64,000 bases of DNA from Planctomycetota bacterium (GCA_965248445.1 CBDFJG010000003.1:416001-480000); one strand, 5' to 3'; counted from the stretch's first letter, positions 30,656 through 41,690 are shown. A program made the numbers and translations. Notes: a model not told the origin generated them from the sequence alone.

Positions 30656-33600
30656 ATGGTGCTTCGTGACGCGTGTGTTCTCGGCGGACTCGCCATCGCC
30701 GTCTTGGGTCTGGCATCGAGTGTTGAGAGTGCGAAGGCCGCGACCGTCGCGGAATTCGACCAGCAACTGGCGGGACGTGTCAACGATTCTGAGACACCGC
30801 GCGTCTTGGAGTTTAGTGAGCGACCTCCTGTGTCGCCGGCTGCGGCGCCGGCGGGTTGATCCAGACTTGGGTCGGGAGCGCCGGCGGAGCCGGCGCACGA
30901 CGCACGAAGCGCTCGGGGTGAGCACGGTAGGCGGCATCGAGCACGACGGAGCGCGCCGCGACGGCGGCCTCGGCGCGGCCGTAGTGGACGGTCTCGGGCG
31001 TCAAGAGCCCGAGGCTCGAGTGCCGGTGCTCGCGGTTGTACCAGTCGAAGAAGGCGCGGCAGTGCGCGCGCGCGTCCTCGATGGAGCCGAAGCGCGAGGG
31101 GAAGTCCGGCCGGTACTTCATGGTCCGGAACTGGCTCTCACTGAAGGCGTTGTCGTTGGACGTGTACGGCCGGCTGTGGGACTTCGTCACGCCCAGGTCC
31201 GCCAGCTTGAGCGCCAGCGTCAGCTCACCGGCGCGGGTCCCCTGCTTGTCGCACGCGTGCGCGACGAGTTCCTTGGCCAGCGTGCCGCTCTCGCACGCAG
31301 CCAGCGTCCAGCCCACGACGTGGCGCGAGTAGATGTCGAGCACGACGTAGAGGTGGTAGTACGTCCACTTCACCGGTCCCTTGAGCTTGGTGATGTCCCA
31401 GCTCCAGACCTGGTTGGGGCCCGTCGCCAGGAGCTCGGGCTTCTTGTACGCCGGATGGCGCAGTTGGTTGCGGCGCTCTCGCACCGCGCCCGCCGTGGCC
31501 AGGATGCGGTACATCGTGCGCGGCGAGCACAGGTAGCGCCCCTCGTCGAGCAGCATGGCCCACACCGTGCGCGGCGCGAGGTCCACGAAGCGCTCGCCGT
31601 TGAGCACCTCGAGCACACCCACCCCCGTTCCTGGGTCGAGAGCGCCCGCGGCGAAGGCGGGCGCGGCTGCTGGGGCCGGGGGCACGCCCGTGCCGCCCGG
31701 CGCCGGTAGAGCGTGGCGCGCGCAACGCCGAGCGCGCGGCAGGCCGGAGCGACGCCCACGCTCGCTCCCAGGTCCTCAGCGGCGATCACGTGTCGCTCCC
31801 GCTCGTCTCGGGCATCTCGATGCCCAGCAGCCGTGAGACTTTTTTCTGCACGTCGATGATCGTCTCAGCGGTCTCAAGCCGCTGGCGCAGCCGGACGTTC
31901 TCGCGCTCGAGCTGCGTCAGGCGCCGCTTGAGGGCGCGGGCCGGGTCGGGCCTGGGGCCGCGACGCTTGGGCGCGAGCGCTTCGAGTTGGCCCTGGTCGC
32001 GCGCACGCCGCCAGGCCACCAGGTGCGAAGAGTAGAGCCCCTCGCGGCGCAGCAGCGCCCCCACCTCACCGGGCTTCGTGCAGCTGTCGGCCTCCACGAC
32101 GATCCGCAGCTTGTAGGCCGCGCTGAAGCGCCGCCGCGTGGCGCGCGGCACGACCTCCGGGTCGGGGACGCCCCCTCCTCGCGGTCGCGCGCGCCGGGGG
32201 AGCCCCCTGCGCCTCGTGGGGGCTCGCTCCGCTCGCCCTCCCTCGGCTCCGGGTTCTCCCCCGGCAATTTGGTCTCCTTCTTCGTCATCGCTGATTCCTC
32301 CACCGCCCTGCACAGTAATCTTCCGGGGGGTCGGTGTCTCAGCGATGTTGGCACAGAGGGTGGCGCGGGCCGCGATGGCGCGCGGCAAGGCGCTCTACGA
32401 CCTGGGTCGCTGGTGCGATCGCAAGGATCTGCCCGGGTGGGGCGCGCTCTTCCGTGCGCAGTCGTTGCGGGGGCGCCCCGACGACGCGCGCGCCCGCAAG
32501 GAACTCGGCTACAAGCGCGGGGGCGACGGCTGGACGTGGCCGGCGGACGCCCGTGAGCAGTTCCGCTCCGCAGCGTATGTGCGCGCGGAGGAGCCGCAGG
32601 AGTTGACCAAACTGCGCTCCAGGAAGCGCGCGATGGCGGTGAAGCGCCTCGTGACGATCGCGTCGGCGGCGAAGCGCCCCGTCGACGCGGACGACGACGC
32701 GCGATCGGCGTACGCCGACGTGGAGCGATGCGCGTGGCAGCGCGTCATCGATCTCGATCCGACCCACGAGAAGGCGTGCAAGGCGCTCGGTTTCGTGGAG
32801 TTCGATGGACGCCTGGTCGATCCCGCGGCGCAGCCATTCCTGGAGGAACGCATCGCGCGGGCGGAGCGAGTGCGCGCGTTGGGAGCGCGCCCGATGGACA
32901 CCGTATCGGACGGAGACAACGGGCGCGTCCGACGCGTGACCTGCGGCGTCTTCGCGGTCGATGGCGATCTCGGGCAGAAGGGCCTCCAACACATTGCCAA
33001 GGCGCTGGCGCGCGCACACATCGGCTTCGTGGACGCGCTCGGGCTGGGGGATCCAGACGATTTCATTCCGAACCCATGGCTCTTCGTCGTCGCGAACACG
33101 CGCGCTGAGTTCGCGAGGTCGCTGATCCACTACGGTGAGTTGAGTGAGGCGCAGGCCAAGGCCATGGCCGCCGCGGGCGATGGAATCGTTGCCAACGACG
33201 CCGCAATCCTCTTCTCGACCGACCCGACTCCCGCGTTGGAACGCGCGATCGGGTTCCTCTGCTTGCACGGTGTCCGGGCGTTCCGGATCGACGAACAGGC
33301 GCACCAGCCCTCGCTCGAGGTTCGCGAAGAGCTGTGGATCAGCGATGCCCTCGCGATGGACATCACGATCGGACTCACCGGAGCGCGCTCACTCGCAGCG
33401 CGTGGCGCCGCCGCCTCGACTTCGGCGGATTGGCTGACGCAGGCGCGCCTGCAGCTGGAAGTCGGGGACGACCCGGCGATGGGGGAGTTGGTCGAATGCG
33501 CGCGCGACGCGATGGGCGTTCGCGAGGTCGCCAAGTCGTACGCCTTCATGCAGTATCTGCTCGATCGTGACCCCAGCGGCGCGGCGAGCTTCTACGCGGC

Positions 33601-33709
33601 GGCGCTCGCCGTTGGAGGCGAAGCGGCGGCGAAGCAGGTCTTCTCCGAAGAACTGAGCGCCCTCGACGATTCGTACGGCGCGTGGGCACGACTCACGATC
33701 GGTCGTTGA
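30656..33709 (+). pseudogene. Secreted hypothetical protein interrupted by an IS3-family element
   Basis: Removing 30773-32365 joins MVLRDACVLGG...EFDQQL in frame to ARAAMARGKALYDLGRW. Confidence 0.85.
30773..32360 (-). mobile_element. IS3-family element, copy 1 (defective)
   Basis: orfA/orfB with NQVWSWDIT and DNAFSES; A6G frameshift motif; imperfect IRs sharing TGAGACACC; TGGCG direct repeats at 30768-72 and 32361-65; frameshifts and a 39-bp deletion. Confidence 0.9.
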
Positions 33710-33802
33710 TCGAATCTCCTCGCCAGATCGTCGCGGGCGTCGGCGTGACGATCGGTGATGGCGTGTTCGCACAGAGAACAAGAGAGACACCCGGATCGCG
33801 AG

Positions 33803-34190
33803 GGCGTTGGTGCACGGATCGAAACTCGCCCGAAGACAACTCCATCGTAGAGCCTCCTCTGAGGAGGCCGCCGCATGTCCAGCAAGCGCTCGAGAGTACA
33901 CCCGACGTTCAGGACCAAGTACCGCGTCGGCAACTGGCCCGAGTACGACCGCGGCCTCGTTGACCGCGGCGACCTGACGATCTGGATCTCATCGGCTGCC
34001 ATCGACGCCTGGCGTCCGAAGCCGTCGGGAGCGCGCGGCGGACAGCGGAGGTTCTCCGACACCGCCATCGAGGCCGCGCTCACGCTGCGCCTCGTCTTCC
34101 ACCTCCCGCTGCGGCAGACCGAGGGGTTCCTGCGATCGCTCCTCGGGCTTCTCGAACTCGAGCTTGACGTGCCGGACCACACGACCCGCC
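33803..34190 (+). mobile_element. IS5-family (IS903 group) left end with truncated transposase
   Basis: IR GGCGTTGGTGCACGGATCGAA; ORF from 33875 has KYRVGNWPEYDRGL..RGDLT and LRQTEG...PDHTT, then breaks off. Confidence 0.85.
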
Positions 34191-34197
34191 TCCAGGG

Positions 34198-35754
34198 TCA
34201 GCGATCGGACGCGGGCTTCGCGAGTCGGGCGAGCGCCGCGCGTGCCGCAGCGACCGCGGCTGCCTCGTCGATGCCTTCGGCCCGCTCGTACTCCTCGAAG
34301 ATCGCTCGATACTCCTGGCTCGCACGGTCTACGTCGCGGCCCGCCTCGTACTGCCACGCCGCGCGAACATGGCTCCACGCCCGCTGGCGCGTCGGCTTGC
34401 GGAGATCGCGAGTCAGGCGCAGAAACGCTTCGGCGGAGTTCTGCAGGTCGCCGTGGTTGCCGATCGAGTAGGCGAGCTGCGTCTCGGCCGCGTGCGCCTC
34501 ATCGGTTCCGGGACCGAAGACGACCGCAGCCTGGCGAAACGCAGCCAACTCGGCCTCTGTCTCACCGAGGGTGGCGTGCGCGATCGCTTTCATGAACAGG
34601 CCCTGGTAGCGGTCGAGTCGGTCCGGGGATCGGTCGAGGAGCAGCGCGCATGCTTCGAGGATTCGCCTGCCGTCCATTCTCTGCCCGCTGGGGAAGCCGA
34701 GCATCGGCATGCGAGCCATCTCGCGGATCGCCATGCGCAACTCGGTGTCCGTCAGGCCCCGGAGGCGTGTCAGTTCCTCCGCGCGCAAACGCGATGGCTG
34801 CGCGACATCGGGCTCGGGGACTGTCGTGGCGTCTCGCCTGGCCTCCGCAACGTCCTGTCCGGAGGACTGCAGTGCGCCTTCAAGCTCCCGGATGCGCGCC
34901 CGGAGTGTCTCGACTTGGCCGGCGGCTGCTTCGACCACCACCCGCGGCGCGCGAGGATGTCCGGGTTCGACGCGCTTGCCCGCCTCGCCCTCCAGCTCTT
35001 CGAGCCGTTCCCGAAGCGCCTGGCCGCGACCCGCGGAGGCCGCGAGTTGTGCCTCCGCCTCCGACCTGCCGACGATCGTTCCGCCGAAGAACGCGAACGC
35101 CAGGCCCACACAGGCCGCGCCCCCGAGCACTGTCTTCGTCCCCATCAGCGCGCCTCCTACCGTCGCGGCTTGCTTCGCGGCGGCCATCGTGATCCAGTCG
35201 CCAGGAGCCTCTAGGCGGTGTCCCATGAGCGGGGCCAGTGCCGCCATCCAGGTTCCGTCGCCACGGTCCATGCGCTGCAAGCGCTGGCGCAACGTCCCGT
35301 GCGCCCGCCGCAGCCGGGTGCGGACGGTCTCGACAGGAACACCCATGCGCTCGGCCACCGACCGCGGGGGAAGGCCTTCGAACCAGCGGAGCAACACGGT
35401 CGTGCGGCCTGGTTCCCCGAGACCGTGTACCGCCAGGACGAGGAGCCGATGGGCGTCGGCCTCGGCTACGACATCCGCAGTCGGGCTGAGCGCTTCCGCG
35501 CGCGCGGCTGCGCGCTCGTGGTGAGTGCGGCGCCCGTCGGCTCGAATCGCATCCCGAGCGAGGTTCCGGACCACTCGCCCGAGCCAGGCCCGCGACGTTG
35601 CCTCCTCTTGCGGAGGACGGCGAAGGGCAGCCGTCCACGCCCGCTGTTCGAGATCGCTGGCAGAGGCTTCGTCGCGTGCGAGCGATCGAGCCAGCCGACG
35701 CACCCAAGCGCGGTGCGTCAGCAGAGTCTCCATCGGGACGGGTACCTGTGACAT
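34198..35754 (-). CDS. ECF sigma-70 factor with a long C-terminal extension (TM, coiled coil, TPR-like)
   Basis: WVRRLARSL...AWLGRVVRN; region 4 VAERMGVPVETVRTRLRRA..LR; then a TM segment and helical repeats. Confidence 0.85.
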   Translation of the reverse strand: MSQVPVPMETLLTHRAWVRRLARSLARDEASASDLEQRAWTAALRRPPQEEATSRAWLGRVVRNLARDAIRADGRRTHHERAAARAEALSPTADVVAEADAHRLLVLAVHGLGEPGRTTVLLRWFEGLPPRSVAERMGVPVETVRTRLRRAHGTLRQRLQRMDRGDGTWMAALAPLMGHRLEAPGDWITMAAAKQAATVGGALMGTKTVLGGAACVGLAFAFFGGTIVGRSEAEAQLAASAGRGQALRERLEELEGEAGKRVEPGHPRAPRVVVEAAAGQVETLRARIRELEGALQSSGQDVAEARRDATTVPEPDVAQPSRLRAEELTRLRGLTDTELRMAIREMARMPMLGFPSGQRMDGRRILEACALLLDRSPDRLDRYQGLFMKAIAHATLGETEAELAAFRQAAVVFGPGTDEAHAAETQLAYSIGNHGDLQNSAEAFLRLTRDLRKPTRQRAWSHVRAAWQYEAGRDVDRASQEYRAIFEEYERAEGIDEAAAVAAARAALARLAKPASDR

Positions 35755-35836
35755 GCCTATCGTCTACATTGTTCACTCCGGTCGTCGGCCCATCGGTTCA
35801 ATCATCCGGCGAACGACTGCGATCGCAGCGACGTAC

Positions 35837-35969
35837 GGCGTTGGTGCATGAATGCCTCCTGGCGTCCGTGTCGAGCCTGAGCGTGCTGCGAGTCGTGCCC
35901 GAGTCGAAGCCACGTCGCGATAGCTCAGGGCTTGGCAGACGCGCCGCCCGGCATTCATGCACCACCACC
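35837..35969. mobile_element. 133-bp MITE (repeat B)
   Basis: GGCGTTGGTGCATGAATGCC ... GGCATTCATGCACCACCACC; homologous to 26075-26193. Confidence 0.85.
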
Positions 35970-37226
35970 TCGGGCCAGGGCCCGCTCGATCGCGTCGGAG
36001 GCCGTCTCCGCGCCATCCTCGGCGGAGACGATCCGCCCCGTTGCCTGCGCCGTCGCGCGGATGCGCTCGTCCGACAGGATCGCGTCCAGTTCGCTCGCGA
36101 GGCGCTTTGGGCCGACGCGGTTGCGGCGCAGGGAACGGCCGACGCCACGTTGCTCGACGCGAAGCGCGTTGTCGAAGTGGTCGGCGGCGAACGGAACGAC
36201 GAGCTGCGGGCAGCCCGCGCGCATCGCCTGCCCGGTCGTGCCGACTCCACCGGCGTGGATCACGACGGAGGCCGCGGCGAAGAGTGGGGCAACACTCGTC
36301 GAGCGGACCATCAGCACATCGTCGGACGCGAGGGCCGGTGCGTTCGCCGAGCCCGTGACGAGGACGGCGCGGCGGCCAAGTCGCTCGGCGGCGGCAGCGG
36401 CGGCGGCGTAGAAGTCGCCGGCCAGCTGGACAGCCGACGAGCCGAGCGAGAACACGAGCGGGGGCTCGCCCGCGTCCAGGAACGCCCGAAGCCGTCCGGA
36501 GTCGTCTTCTTCGCCCCCGAAGTCGCGGTCGTAGAAGGGGAAGCCGCACAGCGTCGTCCGCGCGGGCCAATCGGGTTGCGCCTCACCGAAGGACGACGAG
36601 AACAAGGCGAGTACGCCGTGAGGCGAGTGCTGGCCCTCCCACAGCGGATCGGCGTCGGCGGGAAGGCCGAGCTCGCGGCGGAACTCGCGGATCGGCGCGC
36701 TCCAGCTTCGCGAGATGCGCTTCATCATCGAGAAGAGGAATCCGACGACGCCCGGGCCGAGCGGACGTAGCCGCGCGAACCACGGGATGGGCGCGAGCGC
36801 CGCGGGCTCGTACGCCGAGCAGAAGCTCAGAGGCGCCAGCACGGTAGACATCCAGGGAGTGCCCTTAACGGCACCGAGGATCGGCGCCGCATACGTGAAG
36901 ATGTGGGACGTCAGGAAGTCCGCGCCCTCGCATGCAGCCTCGAGGTCCGCGTAGCTCTCGCGCAGTGGGGGCACGAACAGCTCCCGGACGCAGTACTCCG
37001 CGCCGCCCTTCGGGTCCATGGCGCGACGGAACATCTCCACGTCGTCGTAGTCGATCTCCGGCCGGATCGCCGCGAACTCCGCACCCGCTCGTTCGGCGAG
37101 GGCGCGGTACATCCCCGGCGCGGCGACGACGACCTGGTGTCCGCGTGCGAGCAGGCCCTCCGCCACGGCGAGGTAGGGGAGCACGTCCCCGTACGAACCG
37201 ATGGTGTTGAGCACGATGCGCGCCAC
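35955..37226 (-). CDS. GT-B glycosyltransferase (family 1, rhamnosyl/sterol glucosyltransferase-like)
   Basis: GSYGDVLP, HAGGVGTT, PQLVVPFAADHFDNA; the stop codon lies inside the MITE. Confidence 0.88.
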   Translation of the reverse strand: MARIVLNTIGSYGDVLPYLAVAEGLLARGHQVVVAAPGMYRALAERAGAEFAAIRPEIDYDDVEMFRRAMDPKGGAEYCVRELFVPPLRESYADLEAACEGADFLTSHIFTYAAPILGAVKGTPWMSTVLAPLSFCSAYEPAALAPIPWFARLRPLGPGVVGFLFSMMKRISRSWSAPIREFRRELGLPADADPLWEGQHSPHGVLALFSSSFGEAQPDWPARTTLCGFPFYDRDFGGEEDDSGRLRAFLDAGEPPLVFSLGSSAVQLAGDFYAAAAAAAERLGRRAVLVTGSANAPALASDDVLMVRSTSVAPLFAAASVVIHAGGVGTTGQAMRAGCPQLVVPFAADHFDNALRVEQRGVGRSLRRNRVGPKRLASELDAILSDERIRATAQATGRIVSAEDGAETASDAIERALARGGGA

Positions 37227-37242
37227 GCTGGCTCTCTCCCGG

Positions 37243-37745
37243 GGTGTTGGTGCACGAACCAGGTCGGGTAGGCACGCCCCAGCGCCTCGGCCAGTCTACG
37301 CCTGGATCTCCTCTCCGAATACCTGTCGCTGGATCTCTCGCAGGTGTTCGACCTAACCTCGAGATGTCCACAGTCCTGGCGCGCTGCTTGAGGACCATCC
37401 GCCCCGAGGTCGCGCTCGACGGACTGCGGATCGCCGCTGCCGTGCGCGAATCGGAGGAGCGCGGCGGCGCACCCGTTGACAACTGCTACCCGGCCCGCCA
37501 GCCGAGCAGAGCCGGGAGCTTGCGCATGCGGCTGAAGACGACGGTGCCCGCTGGCGGTCGCGAGCGACGCACCGTGGCTTGCTGCGCCGCGAGGCCGTCG
37601 CCGTCCTCGTCGTCGGCACGACCACCTCGGCACCGCGGTCACCCGCGACAGCGTAGATCGCCAGCTTGTCGTAGGACGCGTCGGCCGTGATCCGATCGAT
37701 GTCGTCCACGACCTCGGCGATCAGTCCAGGGGCCGTCGTCGGGTC
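37243..37745 (-). mobile_element. Decayed IS5/IS903-group remnant (right end plus DDE fragment)
   Basis: End GGTGTTGGTGCACG; fragment reads DRITADASYDKLAIY...VVVP. Confidence 0.65.
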
Positions 37746-37794
37746 GTCAGCGTTCCCCCGAACCTCGTGTCGCGGAGCCGGTTATCCTCAGCAC

Positions 37795-38034
37795 GTGCCC
37801 GACGCTGCCAACGACGCAACCAGCGACGACCTGCCGCGCCTATTGCGCTTCGCGGTGGGGGTCGTGGTCTACGGCCTCCTCTACTTCCTGCTGCTCGTCG
37901 GCTGGGACGCCGTCGTGGAGGGGACCGCGGACTTCGGCGCGTCGGCCATCCAGGGCGGTGTCTTCGGGCTACTCATGGCGCTCGCGGAACCGCACGTCGG
38001 CCGCCTGGCGGCGCGCTTGGGCAAGTCGGACTGA
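37795..38034 (+). CDS. Small two-TM hypothetical protein
   Basis: Two hydrophobic segments; start codon uncertain. Confidence 0.4.
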   Translation: MPDAANDATSDDLPRLLRFAVGVVVYGLLYFLLLVGWDAVVEGTADFGASAIQGGVFGLLMALAEPHVGRLAARLGKSD

Positions 38035-38056
38035 GACGCGACCGCAGGGTCCGCGT

Positions 38057-38074
38057 GGCGTCGGTGCATGAATG
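38057..38074. repeat. Repeat B solo end
   Basis: GGCGTCGGTGCATGAATG. Confidence 0.65.
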
Positions 38075-38135
38075 GCAAGGAGCTGGCAGCATCCGAGACG
38101 AGGACCGCATTCACGCCCGGGGCTTCGCCACGTAG

Positions 38136-38286
38136 ATGACAACCGAGACGGCCCGCATCGCTGACGAACTGCGACGCGCCTATGACGGCGACCCCTGGCA
38201 CGGCCTGCCGCTCACGCGAGTGCTTGACGGCGTCGATGCAAGCGATGCGGCCGCGCAACTGCTAGCTGGGGCACACTCCATCTGGT
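38136..38286 (+). pseudogene. DinB-family gene fragment (N-terminus only)
   Basis: LRRAYDGDPWHG..L..VL.GV....A.......HSIW, after which similarity stops. Confidence 0.65.
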
Positions 38287-38404
38287 TGAGGTTGTCCTCC
38301 ACATCACCGCTTGGGTTAGGGAGGTCGAGCGGCGGCTCGGCGGCGCACCGCCCGGCGAGCCACTCGGCGGCGAGTGGCCTGCTCTCGAAGATCGCGGCGC
38401 CCGC

Positions 38405-38731
38405 TTGCTCGCGCTGGCCCATCGGTACCAGGGACTCGTCGATGACCGCGTCGTGGCGGACTACGCGGCCTTGGCGCGGCTTGCTGGGGTCACGCGGGCG
38501 CGCATCACGCAGCTCATGAACCTCCTGCTGCTGGCGCCCGACATCCAGGAGGAGATCCTGTTCCTGCCGCGGACAGTGCGCGGTCGGGATGCGGTGACGG
38601 AACGGGATCTGCGACGGATCGTCGCGCACGCGGAGTGGGGGAGGCAGCGGGTGGAGTGGAGCGCGATCCGACCTGGCCGTGCGCGGTCGCCTGCGGCGCT
38701 GCAGCGCGTTCGTTCGGCACGCAGCGCGTAG
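38405..38731 (+). pseudogene. Small HTH protein of the type found beside large serine recombinases (5' end degraded)
   Basis: LALAHRYQ.L....V.DYA.LARL.GVTRARITQ.MNLL.LAPDIQE.IL; family recognised from memory, not searched. Confidence 0.65.
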
Positions 38732-38793
38732 CTACTCTCCGACGATCTGCCACACCTGTTCCGCGTCGGGCACCTCGAGACGCTGCAAGGTCC

Positions 38794-38933
38794 TCGCGCG
38801 CTGCAGCCGCCTCTTTCGCAGGGACATTCCGAAGAGGGTTACCTCTGGGGTCCAAAGCGTCGAAAGCTGTTAACGAACGACGCGCGTTCTCGTGAGCAAC
38901 CGAGAGTTAGAGACGGAGCGGGCCGAACTCCGG
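38794..38933 (+). repeat. Repeat A copy 3 (left part only)
   Basis: TGCAGCCGCCTCT.TCGCAGGGACATTCCGAAGAGGGTT..CTCTGGGGTCCAAAGCGTCGAA.GCTGTTAAC matches 41346-41465. Confidence 0.9.
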
Positions 38934-38961
38934 TCTCGGTGGTCCGGATAGACTCAACGGC

Positions 38962-41308
38962 ATGCGTGTCTCGATGTGTGCTCTGGCCATTCTCGTGCTC
39001 GGCGCCGGCGCCGCGCTCGTACGGGCCGACGAACTCACCGACTGGGAGGCGCGGATCGACTCGGCGAGGACCGGCGGGTTCGATATATGGCACGTTGAGC
39101 AGAAGCGACTCGGCAAGAAGAAGAAGGCCGTCGCAATCTGCTCGGCACTCATCGAGAAGCACCTCGCGCCCAACACGAAGAGTGACTACGTGCTCTTCGC
39201 GCTGCGATCGCTGACACACGTCAGAGGCAACGACTCGGCCGTGGTGGACGCGGTGCGTCTGGTCCTGCGGACCTCTGCGGATCGCGCCACGACCATCGAA
39301 GCGTTGTCAGTGCTCGAGGAGCGACCGTCGGAACGGGCACGCCCGGAAGTACTCGACTGCTTCGAGCGCTTCGCTCGCATGCCTCCTGATTCGCGGCCCG
39401 GCGTGGATGGCCTCTTCTGGCGAGCACGATGCGTGCTCGACGCCTACTCGGCGTCGTACTCGCCGAAAGAGGCGAAGCCGCTGCTCTCTCGTCTCGAGCG
39501 AATTGTCGAGGTCGCGGATCCCGGGAATCAACCGGAGGTGCTGCGCGCGATCTTGTCCCTCGCGAGTTGGACGACCGATCACCAGGACTTCTATCTGAAG
39601 TACCTGGCGCGACCGGAGTTCCCGACTCGTGCGGCAGCGGCCAAGGTGTTGGACTACAGCGGCGCAGTGCCCGACGGCCTCCAGGAACACAGGGTCGCGT
39701 TGCTCGACGTACTGACGCGCGGAGACGTGTACGAGCGTGACTCCGCGATCGACCTGCTCGCGCACGTGACTCTTGACACCGCGGCCACCCGAGTCGTCAT
39801 CGATGCGTACCTCGAGGACCGCGACGAGAAGAGGCGAGCCGAGATGCGTGCGCTCATCTTCAAGGCGGAGGCCGAGCACGAGAAGCTGTGGGAGAACATC
39901 TCTGTCGGCCTCGAGTACGAGATTGTGGACCGGCGGGCGCGAGCGCTGCGGCTGCTGGCGAAGATCGACGTGCCGGAGGGACAGACCATCGCTTTCCTGA
40001 CGTCTGAACTGGGGCAGAAACGCTGGGAGCTGCGACTCGCCGCCGTCGATGCGCTCACCGCCCGCGCAGCTGCGGCGAAGCCCGCTCTCACGAAGCTGCG
40101 GTCGCTACGAGGCGACCCGAGCAAGTCCGTGCGCGCGGCCGTCGCGACGGCGATCACGACGATCGAGGTGGCGCTGGAACCTGAGAGACCGGCCGCGGCC
40201 GCGCAGGAGCACAGCGTGGCGGCCGAGGACGTTTCCGCGCTCCCGGCGCTCGAGCTGGGGGAGCCGGTCCAGGAGCTCGCGTTGTCCGCGGACGGAAAGC
40301 GGATTGCCGCGGCGGGCATGGCGACGCTCACGGTGTGGGACACGGCTACGCACCGGGAGGTCCGCACGATCTCGCTCGAGGCCACCAAGTCGTTCTACTG
40401 GGGCGACCTGGGATTCAGCCCCGACGGGTTGCGAATCATGCTGCGAACGTTCGACTCCGTGGACGTGTTCGAGGTCGCCTCTGGCGAACTCCGGACACGG
40501 ATCCCGAAGAGCACGGCCGAAGGGTCTTCCCACGGCCGGCTGCGGTGCTTTCCTGCGCACGATGCGGCGTACCGGCTCGACGAGGACACCGGTCTCCGTG
40601 TCTTCTCTGCGGAGACCGGAGAGCAGATCTGGAGCGGCGTCGCGCCGCAGGGTCTGAAGGGTGCCCCGACGCCGCCGGGGTCAAGGGGAGGTGACACGCT
40701 GCGGTGGTTCGACGCGGTCCCGGGCACCGCGCGCGCGCTCGTCGCCACCGAGTTCTCGATCCGTCGGTTCGACCTGAAGACGGGCAAGCGCGAGGTGGAC
40801 CTTGGCATTGCGTCCCTCCCGTGGGAGATCGAGGGAACAAACAGGAGCGTGAAGGGTGCGTGGGACGTTCTCGGGCGGAGCCGTGATCGTCGGTCTGCTG
40901 CACGCCTCGAGTGAGGGCAACAACCGGCGCTCGCTGGTCGCGGTGGACGCCGCCACCGGAGAGAAGCGCTGGGTGGTCAACCACGTGGTGCCGCTGGCCA
41001 TGCGGCGTGCGCCGGCCAAGGGGTCGGAGGAGATCCTGGTGCGCGAGCTGATCTACCTCGACCGCCCGAGCGAGCAGCGGATTCTCCGTGTCGAGGTGGC
41101 CACCGGACGCACCCGGGTCGTGGACGGGCTGACCGGCGACCGCGACGCGGCCCCCTATCACGGCGTGTTTGACTCTCGCCAGGTACAGTACGATCCGGCG
41201 GACGATGCCCTCTGGCTTCACCAGAACACGAGGGTGGGGATCCTATGGCGCACCGTCCTGCCGCCGTGGGACGACGCTCACGAGTCGCCGCCCAAGTCGC
41301 CGCGGTAG
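38962..41308 (+). CDS. Secreted HEAT-repeat plus WD40/PQQ-like beta-propeller protein, frameshifted near 40855
   Basis: Signal peptide; HEAT repeats; LSADGKRIA..VWD and FSPDG motifs; the coding signal continues in ORF 40856-41308. Confidence 0.7.
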
Positions 41309-41345
41309 ACCGTGCTCAGCGTGATGGCCTGATCGGTTACGGCCG

Positions 41346-41690
41346 TCGCGCGTTGCAGCCGCCTCTCTCGCAGGGACATTCCGAAGAGGGTTGGCTCTGG
41401 GGTCCAAAGCGTCGAAGGCTGTTAACCAACGACGCGCGTTCTGGCGAGCACCCGAGAGTTCGAGAGCGATTCGGGCCGTGATCGGGCACGTCGGAGGGGG
41501 TTGCGTTTGGACCCCAGAGCGAACGGGTGCGAACCGAGACTCGGCCGTTGCGCGTAACTGGGCGTGGGCGCGGGACATGCGCGCGTTCTCTGCATGGCGC
41601 GCCGCGTTAACCACCCGGTCGGTTGGTTCGCGGGCATGGTGTTTGGCTCCCCAGCCCCAACCCTCTTACGAACCACTCGCACGGTCGCAC
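41346..41690 (+). repeat. Repeat A copy 4 (most complete)
   Basis: Contains both sub-terminal IRs (41383-41402 and 41649-41667) and an internal 14-bp IR (41395-41408 / 41506-41519). Confidence 0.9.
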
